DNA from: Candidatus Shapirobacteria bacterium
GTDB lineage: Bacteria; Patescibacteriota; Microgenomatia; UBA12405
Assembly: GCA_022837635.1 (NCBI GenBank)
Contig: JALHFY010000002.1
Span: 69,055-133,054 of the forward strand
DNA length: 64,000 bases
Direction of reading: 5' to 3'
Shown here: positions 16,369-25,413 of the stretch, one piece after another
How the letters are laid out: each line of letters begins with the position of its first letter
Position numbering within the stretch: position 1 is the first letter of the stretch
Position numbers and translations under genes: made by a program
The notes under the pieces: model-generated
What the model was told of the DNA's origin: nothing
Database searches by the model: none
Seen by the model: only the letters and a program-made list of their open reading frames with translations

Positions 16369-18108
16369 GTGGCTATTATACATAAATATTCCTGGTTCAT
16401 AATATTAACAATTGGTCTGCTTTTAAGACTGGTGGGATTAAACCTAAATCCGATAGGGCTGGCACACGACGAGATACACGACATTATCAATGCTAAATCA
16501 ATTTCTTTAACTGGTTATGGCTCTCCCGGGACTGTAGCTGGAATTTTACCTTCAAGCGGATACTGTGATGGAAATTGTGTTTTCGGAGAATTGGGAACAA
16601 TTATCATGACACCTTGGATGTTAGTATCACCGATGAATTTGGTGATGGTTAAGATTCCGTTTTTGGTGGCTTCAATGTTGGTAGTCTGGTTGGGCGGTAG
16701 GTTGTTTGAAAATCTTACTGAAAACAAGACTATCGGCAAATTAACAGCTTTGTTTATAGCCATATCTCCCTGGGCGATACATTTTGGAAGAACGGCATAT
16801 GAAAATTTATTCGCTTATGCCCTGTTTTTAGCTGCCCTGTGTTTATTGACTAAAAAGAGGGCTAAAAACAAAGAGGTGTTTTGGGCAACAGTCTCGGGGT
16901 TTTTAGCATCATTGGCTTATTTTGGAGCTAAAGCGGTGTGGCCGCCGTTAATGATAACGGGGATTTTTTATTGGAAAATAAACAATAAAAGAAAATGGCG
17001 GGAAATGTTTGGGTGGTGGATAATTACTATTTTGTTGTTAATTGGATATTGGCTATGTTTGGGTAAATCTACAGCTGGTGTTAGAAGTAAAGAATTGGTT
17101 TTGAACAATAACGAAATTTCCCAGATAGTAAATGAAGAGAGAAGAATGTCCCTTGCAATACCTTGGGGGCTGGAAAAAGTAATTAGTAATAAAATGGTTT
17201 CTAAAATAAGGATGGTCGGACAGAAATATCTTAATCCGTTTTCAATGAAATATTATCTTTCCGATAGTGAAAGTGCTTATGATAACTTTTCAATTCCAGG
17301 ACACGGGTATGTCTATCTTCTGGAAATTGTGTTGGCAGTTTTTGGTTTTACATGTTTGTATAAAATTTCTAGTAAGGCGTGGTGGTTTGTGTGTCTGCTG
17401 TTGATGATAGTGCCTATTCCTGGGGCAATAAATACTTATGCGGTGACCTATGCTCTCAGATCAGGGATGATTTTTCCTCTAATATCAGGGTTAGGGGCTA
17501 TAGGTATTTATAAACTGAACGAAACTGTTGGGAGAAAAGGTGTGGTCTATTGGGTAGTTGGTTTTGGGTTAGTAATTTCATTAATTTATTTTGAGATTCT
17601 ATACTGGTACCGAATGCCATTTGAAAAATCAGCCGGTTACGTATTTCATGAGAGGGCAATAATAAATTATGTTTTTTTACTTAAAAATAAAACCAATAAG
17701 CCGATCTTTTGGGTGGTAAATGAGCCAGTAGACATAATGTACAATTATGGTTTTTATACCGGAAAATATAAGGATAAAGAGTGGGCAATAAAAATGAATA
17801 AATCGATTTTATCAGGAAACTATGAAATTGAAGGTATAAATATTTCTAAAAAATGTCCCATAAAGATGGACTCGGGTGTAATTTATATATTTGAAAGAGA
17901 AAGGGGCTGTGTTGAAGAACCAAATGGGTTAACCCGAATTTCAGAACCAAGAGATGGTGGAGCCAGATTTTTTATAACAGAGGACGTGGTATGTGAAACG
18001 GAAAATTTGCAGAGTTATCCGAATCCCAGAAAAATAAGTGATTTTGATCTGGGAAAAATGGATAAAACTGTTTTTTGTAAGACGTGGGTCAGTAGACCAA
18101 GTAGATGA
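16369..18108 (+). CDS. GT-C-fold membrane glycosyltransferase (ArnT/PMT-like)
   Basis: Over 10 predicted TM helices; first-loop acidic motif GLAHDEIHD. The ATG at 16210 would overlap the divergent upstream gene by 138 bp, so GTG 16369 is proposed. Confidence 0.45.
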   Translation: MAIIHKYSWFIILTIGLLLRLVGLNLNPIGLAHDEIHDIINAKSISLTGYGSPGTVAGILPSSGYCDGNCVFGELGTIIMTPWMLVSPMNLVMVKIPFLVASMLVVWLGGRLFENLTENKTIGKLTALFIAISPWAIHFGRTAYENLFAYALFLAALCLLTKKRAKNKEVFWATVSGFLASLAYFGAKAVWPPLMITGIFYWKINNKRKWREMFGWWIITILLLIGYWLCLGKSTAGVRSKELVLNNNEISQIVNEERRMSLAIPWGLEKVISNKMVSKIRMVGQKYLNPFSMKYYLSDSESAYDNFSIPGHGYVYLLEIVLAVFGFTCLYKISSKAWWFVCLLLMIVPIPGAINTYAVTYALRSGMIFPLISGLGAIGIYKLNETVGRKGVVYWVVGFGLVISLIYFEILYWYRMPFEKSAGYVFHERAIINYVFLLKNKTNKPIFWVVNEPVDIMYNYGFYTGKYKDKEWAIKMNKSILSGNYEIEGINISKKCPIKMDSGVIYIFERERGCVEEPNGLTRISEPRDGGARFFITEDVVCETENLQSYPNPRKISDFDLGKMDKTVFCKTWVSRPSR

Positions 18109-18680
18109 TGGACAGAGAGGAAAAAATAAAAAAAGTAATTAAAAACCGACAGGAAGGAATAATAGTTTTGGAAAATATTGCTGATCCGCATAATGCTGGA
18201 GCGGTGTGGCGGACAGCGGAGGGATTGGGTTTTCAAAAAATATATTTAGTCTATTCACAGGAAAAAATGATTAATCCAAAACGAGTAGGCAAAGCGAGCT
18301 CTAGTAGTGCCAATAAATGGCTAAGTTTTAAAATTTTTAAAAGTATAAAAGATTGTTATAAAGAATTAAAAAAAGAGGATTTCAAAATTTTTGCGACAAC
18401 TCTCGATAAGGATTCAAAAAATCTTCGATCTTCAGACTTCAGTCTTCAGAAAATTGCTATAGTACTGGGAAATGAGCATCGGGGCTTATCGGCAGAAGCA
18501 ATAGCAGGGGCGGATGAAAAAATTTATATCCCAATGAAGGGAATGGTGCAGAGTTTTAATATATCGGTAGCTGCGGCAATAGTGATGTATGAGGTAATAA
18601 GGCAGAGAGATCAAAAAAACTACTCTTTGGGCATAGAAGAAAAGAAACAATTATTGAAAGAGTGGGTCCGCCTTCGTTGA
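18105..18680 (+). CDS. SpoU/TrmH-family RNA 2'-O-methyltransferase
   Basis: IVLENIADPHNAGAVWRTAEGLG...LGNEHRGLS. Confidence 0.8.
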   Translation: MMDREEKIKKVIKNRQEGIIVLENIADPHNAGAVWRTAEGLGFQKIYLVYSQEKMINPKRVGKASSSSANKWLSFKIFKSIKDCYKELKKEDFKIFATTLDKDSKNLRSSDFSLQKIAIVLGNEHRGLSAEAIAGADEKIYIPMKGMVQSFNISVAAAIVMYEVIRQRDQKNYSLGIEEKKQLLKEWVRLR

Positions 18681-18707
18681 CTCCGACGAGTCGAGGTACA
18701 ATAGGCT

Positions 18708-20444
18708 ATGAAATGGAACTTGGAAGATATTTTAAAGGTCAAGGATTTTGAGAAGTTATCTAAAGAAGTTGAGAGGGACCTGGAAAAACTTAAACTCTTG
18801 GTAAAAAAACTGTCGCCAAAAATGAGTCAGAAAGAATTTAAAAAATTGCTTTTATTTGAAGAGGAAATGGGAATAAAACTGTCAAGATTGGCATATCTGC
18901 CACACTTGATGGAAGCGGTGGACCAAAAAGATCAACGGGCCAAAGTGTTGACCAGAAAGGCTGAGGATTTGGGTTTAAAAATAAGTGAAGTGAGTACTAA
19001 AATTGGCTTATGGATACAAGGGAAAATAGAACCACAATTGGATAATAAAAACGCAAAAAGACTCTTTGGAGTGATTAAAGATTTAGAGTATTCTCTTTTA
19101 AGGAGTCGAGAGGGAGCTAAATTTTCCTTAAACGAGAAAGAAGAAGAAATTATTAGACATAAAGACAGTAACGGAGTGGGAGTGATTGGCGACCTGCGCC
19201 GCATGATAGAAACTGAATTTGAATATAAATTAGGGAAGAAAAAAATTAAGAGTCAGGCGGAATTGTTGAGTTTGGTTCACAGTCCTGAGAGCAAAGTTCG
19301 AGAAGATGCCTATAGAGCTTTGTTAGAGACCCAGAAAAAGAATATTGATAAGTTTTTTGCAATGTACCAGGCAATTGTCAGGGATTGGGCTTATGAGGCA
19401 AAATTAAGGGGTTATCAGAGCCCAATTAGTGTGCGAAATTGGGGAAACGATGTTCCGGATAAGGCGGTAGAGAGTTTGTTGTTGGTGTGTACAGAAGAAA
19501 AAGAAGTGTTTTGGGATTATTTTAAGTGGAAGGCAAAAAGTTTGGGGGTTAAGCAATTAAAACGTTTTGATATTTATGCCCCGGTGGTCAAAAAAGATAA
19601 AAAGATAAGCTATGGGGAGGCGATAGCAGTGGTTTTAGAGAGTTTTAAGGAGTTTTCGAGTGAATTTTGGGAAGCAGCTAGAGAGATAGTAGAAAAGAAG
19701 CATATTGATGTTTATCCTTCACCGGTAAAAATAGGCGGAGCCTTTTGTGCCACAGTGGAACCTAAAATCAATCCTTATATTATGCTAAATTTTACCGGAA
19801 AAACGCGTGATATCAGTACTTTAGCTCACGAATTGGGGCATGGAGTACATTCAATTTTGGCTAATAAACATCTGGCCTCGGTACAACAATCCGGATTACC
19901 ACTGGCGGAGACAGCCTCAACTTTAGCTGAGTTAGTGGTGTTTGAAAAAATGATGGCTCAAGAAAAAGACAAGGAGTTGAAAAAAGCCTGGCTTTCCGAA
20001 AAAATTGCCGATGCCTATGCCAGCGTTTGTCGACAGAATTATTTTGTCAAATTTGAAATTGAAGCTCATGAGAAGATGAGTCAAGGATTGTCGCCAGAAG
20101 ATTTATCGGCAATGTATTTAAGGAATTTAACAGATCAGTTCGGAGACAGTGTGGTGATTGATCCCCTCTTTGCTTATGAGTGGTCGTATGTATCGCATTT
20201 ATTTGAGAGTCCTTTTTATTGCTATGCTTACAATTTTGGAGAGTTGTTGTCTTATAATCTATATCGAAAATATCAGAAAGATAAGGGGTTTTTGAAAAAA
20301 ATCATTAAAATATTGGCTACAGGGGGAAGTGAAAAACCGAGCAAAATTTTGGCCACAGTGGGAGTGGATATAGAAAAAAAGGAATTTTGGCGGGAAAGTT
20401 TTGAAGTAATTAAGTACTGGCAAAAAGAATTGGAAGAGTTGTGA
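18708..20444 (+). CDS. pepF: Oligoendopeptidase F (M3B metallopeptidase)
   Basis: HELGHGVHS zinc site plus a downstream Glu; 578 aa. Confidence 0.8.
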   Translation: MKWNLEDILKVKDFEKLSKEVERDLEKLKLLVKKLSPKMSQKEFKKLLLFEEEMGIKLSRLAYLPHLMEAVDQKDQRAKVLTRKAEDLGLKISEVSTKIGLWIQGKIEPQLDNKNAKRLFGVIKDLEYSLLRSREGAKFSLNEKEEEIIRHKDSNGVGVIGDLRRMIETEFEYKLGKKKIKSQAELLSLVHSPESKVREDAYRALLETQKKNIDKFFAMYQAIVRDWAYEAKLRGYQSPISVRNWGNDVPDKAVESLLLVCTEEKEVFWDYFKWKAKSLGVKQLKRFDIYAPVVKKDKKISYGEAIAVVLESFKEFSSEFWEAAREIVEKKHIDVYPSPVKIGGAFCATVEPKINPYIMLNFTGKTRDISTLAHELGHGVHSILANKHLASVQQSGLPLAETASTLAELVVFEKMMAQEKDKELKKAWLSEKIADAYASVCRQNYFVKFEIEAHEKMSQGLSPEDLSAMYLRNLTDQFGDSVVIDPLFAYEWSYVSHLFESPFYCYAYNFGELLSYNLYRKYQKDKGFLKKIIKILATGGSEKPSKILATVGVDIEKKEFWRESFEVIKYWQKELEEL

Positions 20445-20462
20445 TAGAATAAGTTAAGCAGG

Positions 20463-21110
20463 ATGAAAGAAGAAATAAAGAAGAGGCTGTCGGCTTTCTT
20501 TGACAGCTATCCAATTAAGAAGTACAAGAAAGGGCAAGTGTTATTTGAGGCCGGTCAAAGCTTTGATTCCGTTTATTGGGTGAAAAGTGGTTATTTGTGG
20601 GCTTACGACTTAAATAAAGAAGAAAAAGAAATCGGAATTCAAGTGTTTCAACCCTTATATTATTTTCCATTAATTGCCCTAAAAACAGGTGGAAAATGTC
20701 AACATAGGATTGAGAGTTTGACGCCGGTAGAGATATTGGTAGCACCAAAAACAGATTTTGAAAAATTTTTAGTTAAAAATCCCCGAATTGACGAGGCTAT
20801 TAACTTGTCAATTATGGAAAAATTTACGGATTTGACGGCTTATATGTCGCAATTGGTGGGTGGAGATGCTTATGCTAAGGTGGCAGGGTTAATTTACAAT
20901 CTGGCTAAAGAGTTTGGAGTGAGTCGTAGTGGTAAGGTTAATACAAAGTTTAAGATTACTCATAAATTTATTGCCTCATTAACCGGTTTGACCAGGGAGA
21001 CAGTGACTTTACAGATGTTGAAACTGGAGAAAAACAAGGTAATTGACAATGAGCGACGTCAGGTCACAATTTTGGATAATAAGGAACTAAAAAGAATTTT
21101 GGGCTACTAA
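20463..21110 (+). CDS. Crp/Fnr-family transcriptional regulator
   Basis: cNMP-binding-like beta-barrel followed by C-terminal HTH (IASLTGLTRETVTLQMLKLEK). Confidence 0.65.
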   Translation: MKEEIKKRLSAFFDSYPIKKYKKGQVLFEAGQSFDSVYWVKSGYLWAYDLNKEEKEIGIQVFQPLYYFPLIALKTGGKCQHRIESLTPVEILVAPKTDFEKFLVKNPRIDEAINLSIMEKFTDLTAYMSQLVGGDAYAKVAGLIYNLAKEFGVSRSGKVNTKFKITHKFIASLTGLTRETVTLQMLKLEKNKVIDNERRQVTILDNKELKRILGY

Positions 21111-21111
21111 A

Positions 21112-21669
21112 TTACTCGCGACAACAGTCAAGAATTTTGCCGATGATGTTACTGACTTTGCCTAGAAAATCGGATTTTTTGTAGGTGATGGGGGTATCAA
21201 AACCCTTCCCCATCCCTTCCCTTGACAGGGCAGGGAGATTTTTATTTTTTATTAAACCTAAATTAAGGCCCCAGAAGAGATTGTAGAGGTGGTAGGATTT
21301 CTCAAAAAATTTATGAGCCGATTTATGATCACCTTTGGTTTGGGCCTTGGTGCCAACTTCAAAAAGTCGCATGGAAGCGGCCAAAAGATGTTTACTGGTA
21401 CACCAAAGCTCCCCTTCTGGATTCTTGACAATCAATTTCATTAATTCTTTACGCATTTCTCGAGCTTCGTTGAGGATATTGAAATATTTGATTTTGCCGG
21501 TTTTGTTGCCGGTAAAAAACAAATGCTCTTCGATACTGATGAGATTCATAATAGCCAAAGACAAATCTTCATCGGAACTGAGATCTAATTTATGACCGGC
21601 TTCGGCAGTTTTAACCTTATCCATAAAATTTTTAAGATTAAGATTGGAGAGATGTTGATTTTTTTTCAT
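21112..21669 (-). CDS. Hypothetical protein
   Basis: ORF only. Confidence 0.3.
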   Translation of the reverse strand: MKKNQHLSNLNLKNFMDKVKTAEAGHKLDLSSDEDLSLAIMNLISIEEHLFFTGNKTGKIKYFNILNEAREMRKELMKLIVKNPEGELWCTSKHLLAASMRLFEVGTKAQTKGDHKSAHKFFEKSYHLYNLFWGLNLGLIKNKNLPALSREGMGKGFDTPITYKKSDFLGKVSNIIGKILDCCRE

Positions 21670-22163
21670 AGCTTAAAAGCCAACTTAAAAAACAAGGTAA
21701 TTAGTAAAAGTGAAGCTAAAGGAATGGCCACTTTAGCATAAGGAAAAGGAGTTTTGTTGCCATTTTTAGCCTTAATGTAGGGATAAAACCAATTGGCGAA
21801 AAACAAGGTCAAGAGACCGATGGTGGTACCAAAAACGAGTTTGTCGATACCCAAAAGAGTGTTGCCGGGAGCGCCGATTTGATCGGTAATTTTGAAATAA
21901 ATCAACACTGTGAGGTATAAGAGAAGAGAGACAAGGTAGGGATTTTGAAAAATTTTGGGAGTGGCTTTGGTGGCTAACCAATAGGCAATGGCAGTACTCA
22001 GGGCGGAAAGCCACAAGGAAGCAAGAAAATCGTCGATACCTAATTTTTGGGCCAAAAGCATACCGCCGCCGACAGTGACAATACAGACGGGACATTGGGC
22101 CTGGACGGGAGAAGTCAGTAACCAGAAACTAAAAACTAGAATAAAAGCAGAAAGAAAAAGCAT
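21666..22163 (-). CDS. Hypothetical integral membrane protein
   Basis: Multiple TM helices. Confidence 0.35.
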   Translation of the reverse strand: MLFLSAFILVFSFWLLTSPVQAQCPVCIVTVGGGMLLAQKLGIDDFLASLWLSALSTAIAYWLATKATPKIFQNPYLVSLLLYLTVLIYFKITDQIGAPGNTLLGIDKLVFGTTIGLLTLFFANWFYPYIKAKNGNKTPFPYAKVAIPLASLLLITLFFKLAFKL

Positions 22164-22166
22164 GCT

Positions 22167-22517
22167 TTATTTTACACGAGAGGGAATTTTTTTGGCTTTT
22201 TTGATGACTTTGTTTTCTTTTTTATCGTCGTTTTTTTTATCAAGACCGAGAAGACGGATAAGGAAATAAACAACGACAGCTATGACTAAAAAGTCGATGA
22301 GGGTAGAAATAAAATGGCCGTAGAGAACTTCGATGGGGCCAATTTTAAAGGTAGCGTCTTTGAGACCTCCGGCCATACCGATAACAACACTTAAAAAGGG
22401 GTTGATGATGTCGCTTACTAAAGCGCTAACTAGCTTGGAAACAGCACCACCCAAAATAAAACCGGTGGCCAAACCGACAATACCTTGTTTTTTGATGAAA
22501 TCGAAAAAATCTTGCAT
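22167..22517 (-). CDS. mscL: Large-conductance mechanosensitive channel
   Basis: GNVVDLAVG-like IVGLATGFILGGAVSKLVSALVSDIINP; two TM helices; 116 aa. Confidence 0.85.
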   Translation of the reverse strand: MQDFFDFIKKQGIVGLATGFILGGAVSKLVSALVSDIINPFLSVVIGMAGGLKDATFKIGPIEVLYGHFISTLIDFLVIAVVVYFLIRLLGLDKKNDDKKENKVIKKAKKIPSRVK

Positions 22518-22544
22518 AAGGAAATTATAGCAAAGTTGTGGGTA

Positions 22545-23384
22545 TTATTGTTGGCATTTTGGACAGTAAAAGGTACCGCGGCCACCAAGTTTTTGATATT
22601 TAATTTTAGTTCTACATTTAAGACAAGGCTCCCCTTTTCTTTCGTAAACCCGGAAAAAAAACTGGTTTTTGCCCTTGGTGCCATCGGGGCGGAGATATTT
22701 ATTGTCCCGAGCAGTGGAACCGCCGGAAAGAACTGACTGGCGCATAATAGAAAGTAGAGAATTATGGAGCTTAAGGGATTTAGATTTTGAAACTCGGTTG
22801 GCGGGAGTAGTGGGGAGTATATGAGCCAAAAAAAGAGCGTCATTGGCATAAATATTGCCAATGCCAGCAAAATAATGCTGGTCTAAGAGAACTATTTTGA
22901 CGGGCCGGCGGGATTTTTGAAGTTGGGAGTGGAAGTATTCCAGAGTAAAAAGAGGATCAAAAATATCGTGACCCAAATTAGATTGGAAGAGTTTTAATGC
23001 TTTAGAACTAAAGAGACGGACCCAGCCGAATTTACGCTGGTCATTGAAATAAAGCCGAGAGCGGTCACTAAAAGTAAAAATTAGGCGGGTGGATTTTACC
23101 GGCATGGGGAGAGAAGCTTCTTTGGTGGGGTGACCGAGAGTAAAGCCCTCGTAAATAAGCTGACCGGTCATTTTAAGATGAACCAAGAGAACGAGACGGT
23201 TGGATAAATGAACGGAAAGTTGCTTGCCAATGCGGGAAAATTTGACAATTTTTTGACCTTCGACAAAACGGAGGTTGCCAACAAAAGATTTGGGGCTAAG
23301 AATTTTGATTTTACTAATGGTTTTACCAAGAAGATGATCTTCTAAAAAGAGTCTAACTACTTCAACTTCGGGAAGCTCAGGCAT
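22545..23384 (-). CDS. mutM: Formamidopyrimidine-DNA glycosylase (Fpg/Nei family)
   Basis: N-terminal MPELPEVE (catalytic Pro2); C-terminal zinc finger CLKC...CPKCQ. Start set at the internal Met. Confidence 0.85.
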   Translation of the reverse strand: MPELPEVEVVRLFLEDHLLGKTISKIKILSPKSFVGNLRFVEGQKIVKFSRIGKQLSVHLSNRLVLLVHLKMTGQLIYEGFTLGHPTKEASLPMPVKSTRLIFTFSDRSRLYFNDQRKFGWVRLFSSKALKLFQSNLGHDIFDPLFTLEYFHSQLQKSRRPVKIVLLDQHYFAGIGNIYANDALFLAHILPTTPANRVSKSKSLKLHNSLLSIMRQSVLSGGSTARDNKYLRPDGTKGKNQFFFRVYERKGEPCLKCRTKIKYQKLGGRGTFYCPKCQQ

Positions 23385-23437
23385 GAATGAATTATAAAGA
23401 AACCAGAAACCAGAAACTAGAAACAAGAATTAAGATG

Positions 23438-24358
23438 TTAAGTAAGGTCGTCGATGTCGATTGCAGAAATGGTTTTGTTATCAGCCAGATGTCGCAGACC
23501 AATATTCATGTCGGTAAAACTATCTTTGATGTTGGAAAAAGCATTTAGATAAGTTTGGGTTTGGGTAACATAACCCATAACTAAAACCAAATCAGAAATA
23601 TCTTTTTCACCCTGAAGAACGGCAAAAACTAGATAGACCAGGATAAAAAAGTAGAAAATGACAGAAGCACCCTGTAGGAAATTCCATTCCTTAAAAGACC
23701 AGTTGGTAATCCGTCGGAAATGACGATTGTAGGAAGTTTGCTCTAAGTCAAAGTCATTATCTGCCTGCATTTTGGCGTAATAAGCCTCAGTTTTAGAGTT
23801 TTGAATATCGCGCAGATGTGAATAGCGCTGGGTAGTGAAATAATCAATAAAGTAATAAATGAGAATATAGGCAAAATTGATAACAAAGGCAGGAAAATCA
23901 ATGACAAATAAAATTAAAGGAATGAAAATCAATGAGACTAAACTGTCAATACCGGGTTGTTTGATGAGGTTGAGAGTGGTGGCAGCAGCATCAGAGAAGT
24001 TGCGAACAGCTTGGATGGTAACTGAACGTTCAGTTTTGGTAGCAGGATGGTGATCTAAAAGAAAGAAATTGTGAATATCCAAACTGAGTTTACTGATGAG
24101 ATATTCCAATTTGGAAATAGACAAAAGACGAAGATAATTATCAACCAAGCGAGACAGGAGAATCAGAAATAAGGTGATTGAAACTAAAGAAAAAGAAGCT
24201 TTAATTTCCAACAATCTAATAATCCTAGAATAAAGGTAAATGGTAATTAGTGGAAAAATAGCGGAAATAAAGCGAACAAGTGCCCAAAAAGCGAGAGCGG
24301 AGCGGTCATGAACAATTTTAAGTAAAAACTTAAAAGCTTTACGAGTAGCAGAGTGCAT
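23438..24358 (-). CDS. ABC-exporter transmembrane domain protein without nucleotide-binding domain
   Basis: Six-TM ABC type-I exporter-like topology; ORF ends where an NBD would begin. Confidence 0.4.
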   Translation of the reverse strand: MHSATRKAFKFLLKIVHDRSALAFWALVRFISAIFPLITIYLYSRIIRLLEIKASFSLVSITLFLILLSRLVDNYLRLLSISKLEYLISKLSLDIHNFFLLDHHPATKTERSVTIQAVRNFSDAAATTLNLIKQPGIDSLVSLIFIPLILFVIDFPAFVINFAYILIYYFIDYFTTQRYSHLRDIQNSKTEAYYAKMQADNDFDLEQTSYNRHFRRITNWSFKEWNFLQGASVIFYFFILVYLVFAVLQGEKDISDLVLVMGYVTQTQTYLNAFSNIKDSFTDMNIGLRHLADNKTISAIDIDDLT

Positions 24359-24426
24359 GAATTCATTATAGATAAAGAAAACAGAAACTAGAAACTAGAG
24401 ACTAGAATTGAGTTAAAATAAAAGTT

Positions 24427-25413
24427 ATGGAAGAAAATATTTATGACTCTGTGGTCATCGGTTCGGGACCGGGAGGGCTGACCGCCGCGATTTATAATGC
24501 CCGAGCTGATTTGAAAACAGTGGTGATAGCCGGCGATATCCCTGGTGGACAATTGACAATTACTACAGTAGTCGACAACTGGCCAGGTTTTCCTAAAGGA
24601 ACCGGTGGAGTGAAGTTGATGATGGACATGCAGGAGCAAGTAAAAAATTTGGGAGTGGAAATTTGGATAGATACAGTCAAGACAATAACCAAAAAACCTG
24701 CCTCATCGGCAGGCAATTTCCAAATAGAGTTGGAGTCGGGTAAAACAATTCAAACTAGATCGGTGATTATAGCCACTGGAGCCAGAGCCAGGTGGTTAGG
24801 ATTGAAAAATGAAAAAGAGTTAATTGGTCGAGGAATTTCGGGGTGTGCCACCTGTGACGGAATGTTTTTTAAGGACAAGGTGGTAGCGGTGGTCGGTGGA
24901 GGGAATGTGGCCTGTGAGGATGCGGCATTTTTATCTAAAATTGCTAAAAAAGTTTATCTGATTCACCGTCGAGATCAGTTGAGGGCGATTTCAGCTGAGG
25001 CTAAAAAAGTTTTAGATAACGAAAAAATAGAAAAAGTTTGGAATAGTGAGGTGGTGGAAATAAATTCCAATAACCAAAAAACAAGTGTTCCAAACAATGT
25101 CCAATTACACAATATAAGGATTAAAAATAATCAAACAGGAAAAGAAGAAATTTTGCCGGTAGATGGGTTGTTTGTAGCCATAGGTCGAGTGCCGTCAACT
25201 GATTTTATCAAAGAGATGGTTAATCTAAACGAAAATGGTTATATAATCACCGGTCAGGATACAATGTATAGCAGTATGACCTCAACACCGGGAATATTTG
25301 CGGCTGGGGATTGTATGGATGAATGGTATCGACAAGCAATTGTGGCGGCTGGAGCTGGAGCTAAAGCTTCAATTGATTGTCACAGATGGTTATCGACTGA
25401 AACGAGTCACTAA
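24427..25413 (+). CDS. trxB: Thioredoxin reductase
   Basis: GSGPGG FAD site; redox-active CATC; GGGN NADPH site. Confidence 0.9.
   Translation: MEENIYDSVVIGSGPGGLTAAIYNARADLKTVVIAGDIPGGQLTITTVVDNWPGFPKGTGGVKLMMDMQEQVKNLGVEIWIDTVKTITKKPASSAGNFQIELESGKTIQTRSVIIATGARARWLGLKNEKELIGRGISGCATCDGMFFKDKVVAVVGGGNVACEDAAFLSKIAKKVYLIHRRDQLRAISAEAKKVLDNEKIEKVWNSEVVEINSNNQKTSVPNNVQLHNIRIKNNQTGKEEILPVDGLFVAIGRVPSTDFIKEMVNLNENGYIITGQDTMYSSMTSTPGIFAAGDCMDEWYRQAIVAAGAGAKASIDCHRWLSTETSH
24689..24728. repeat. Intragenic hairpin repeat inside trxB (same family as 41044-41080)
   Basis: aaccaaaaaacctgcctcatcggcaggcaatttccaaata versus aaccaaaaaacctgcctcgccggcaggcagg at 41044; in frame (TKKPASSAGNFQ). Confidence 0.7.
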
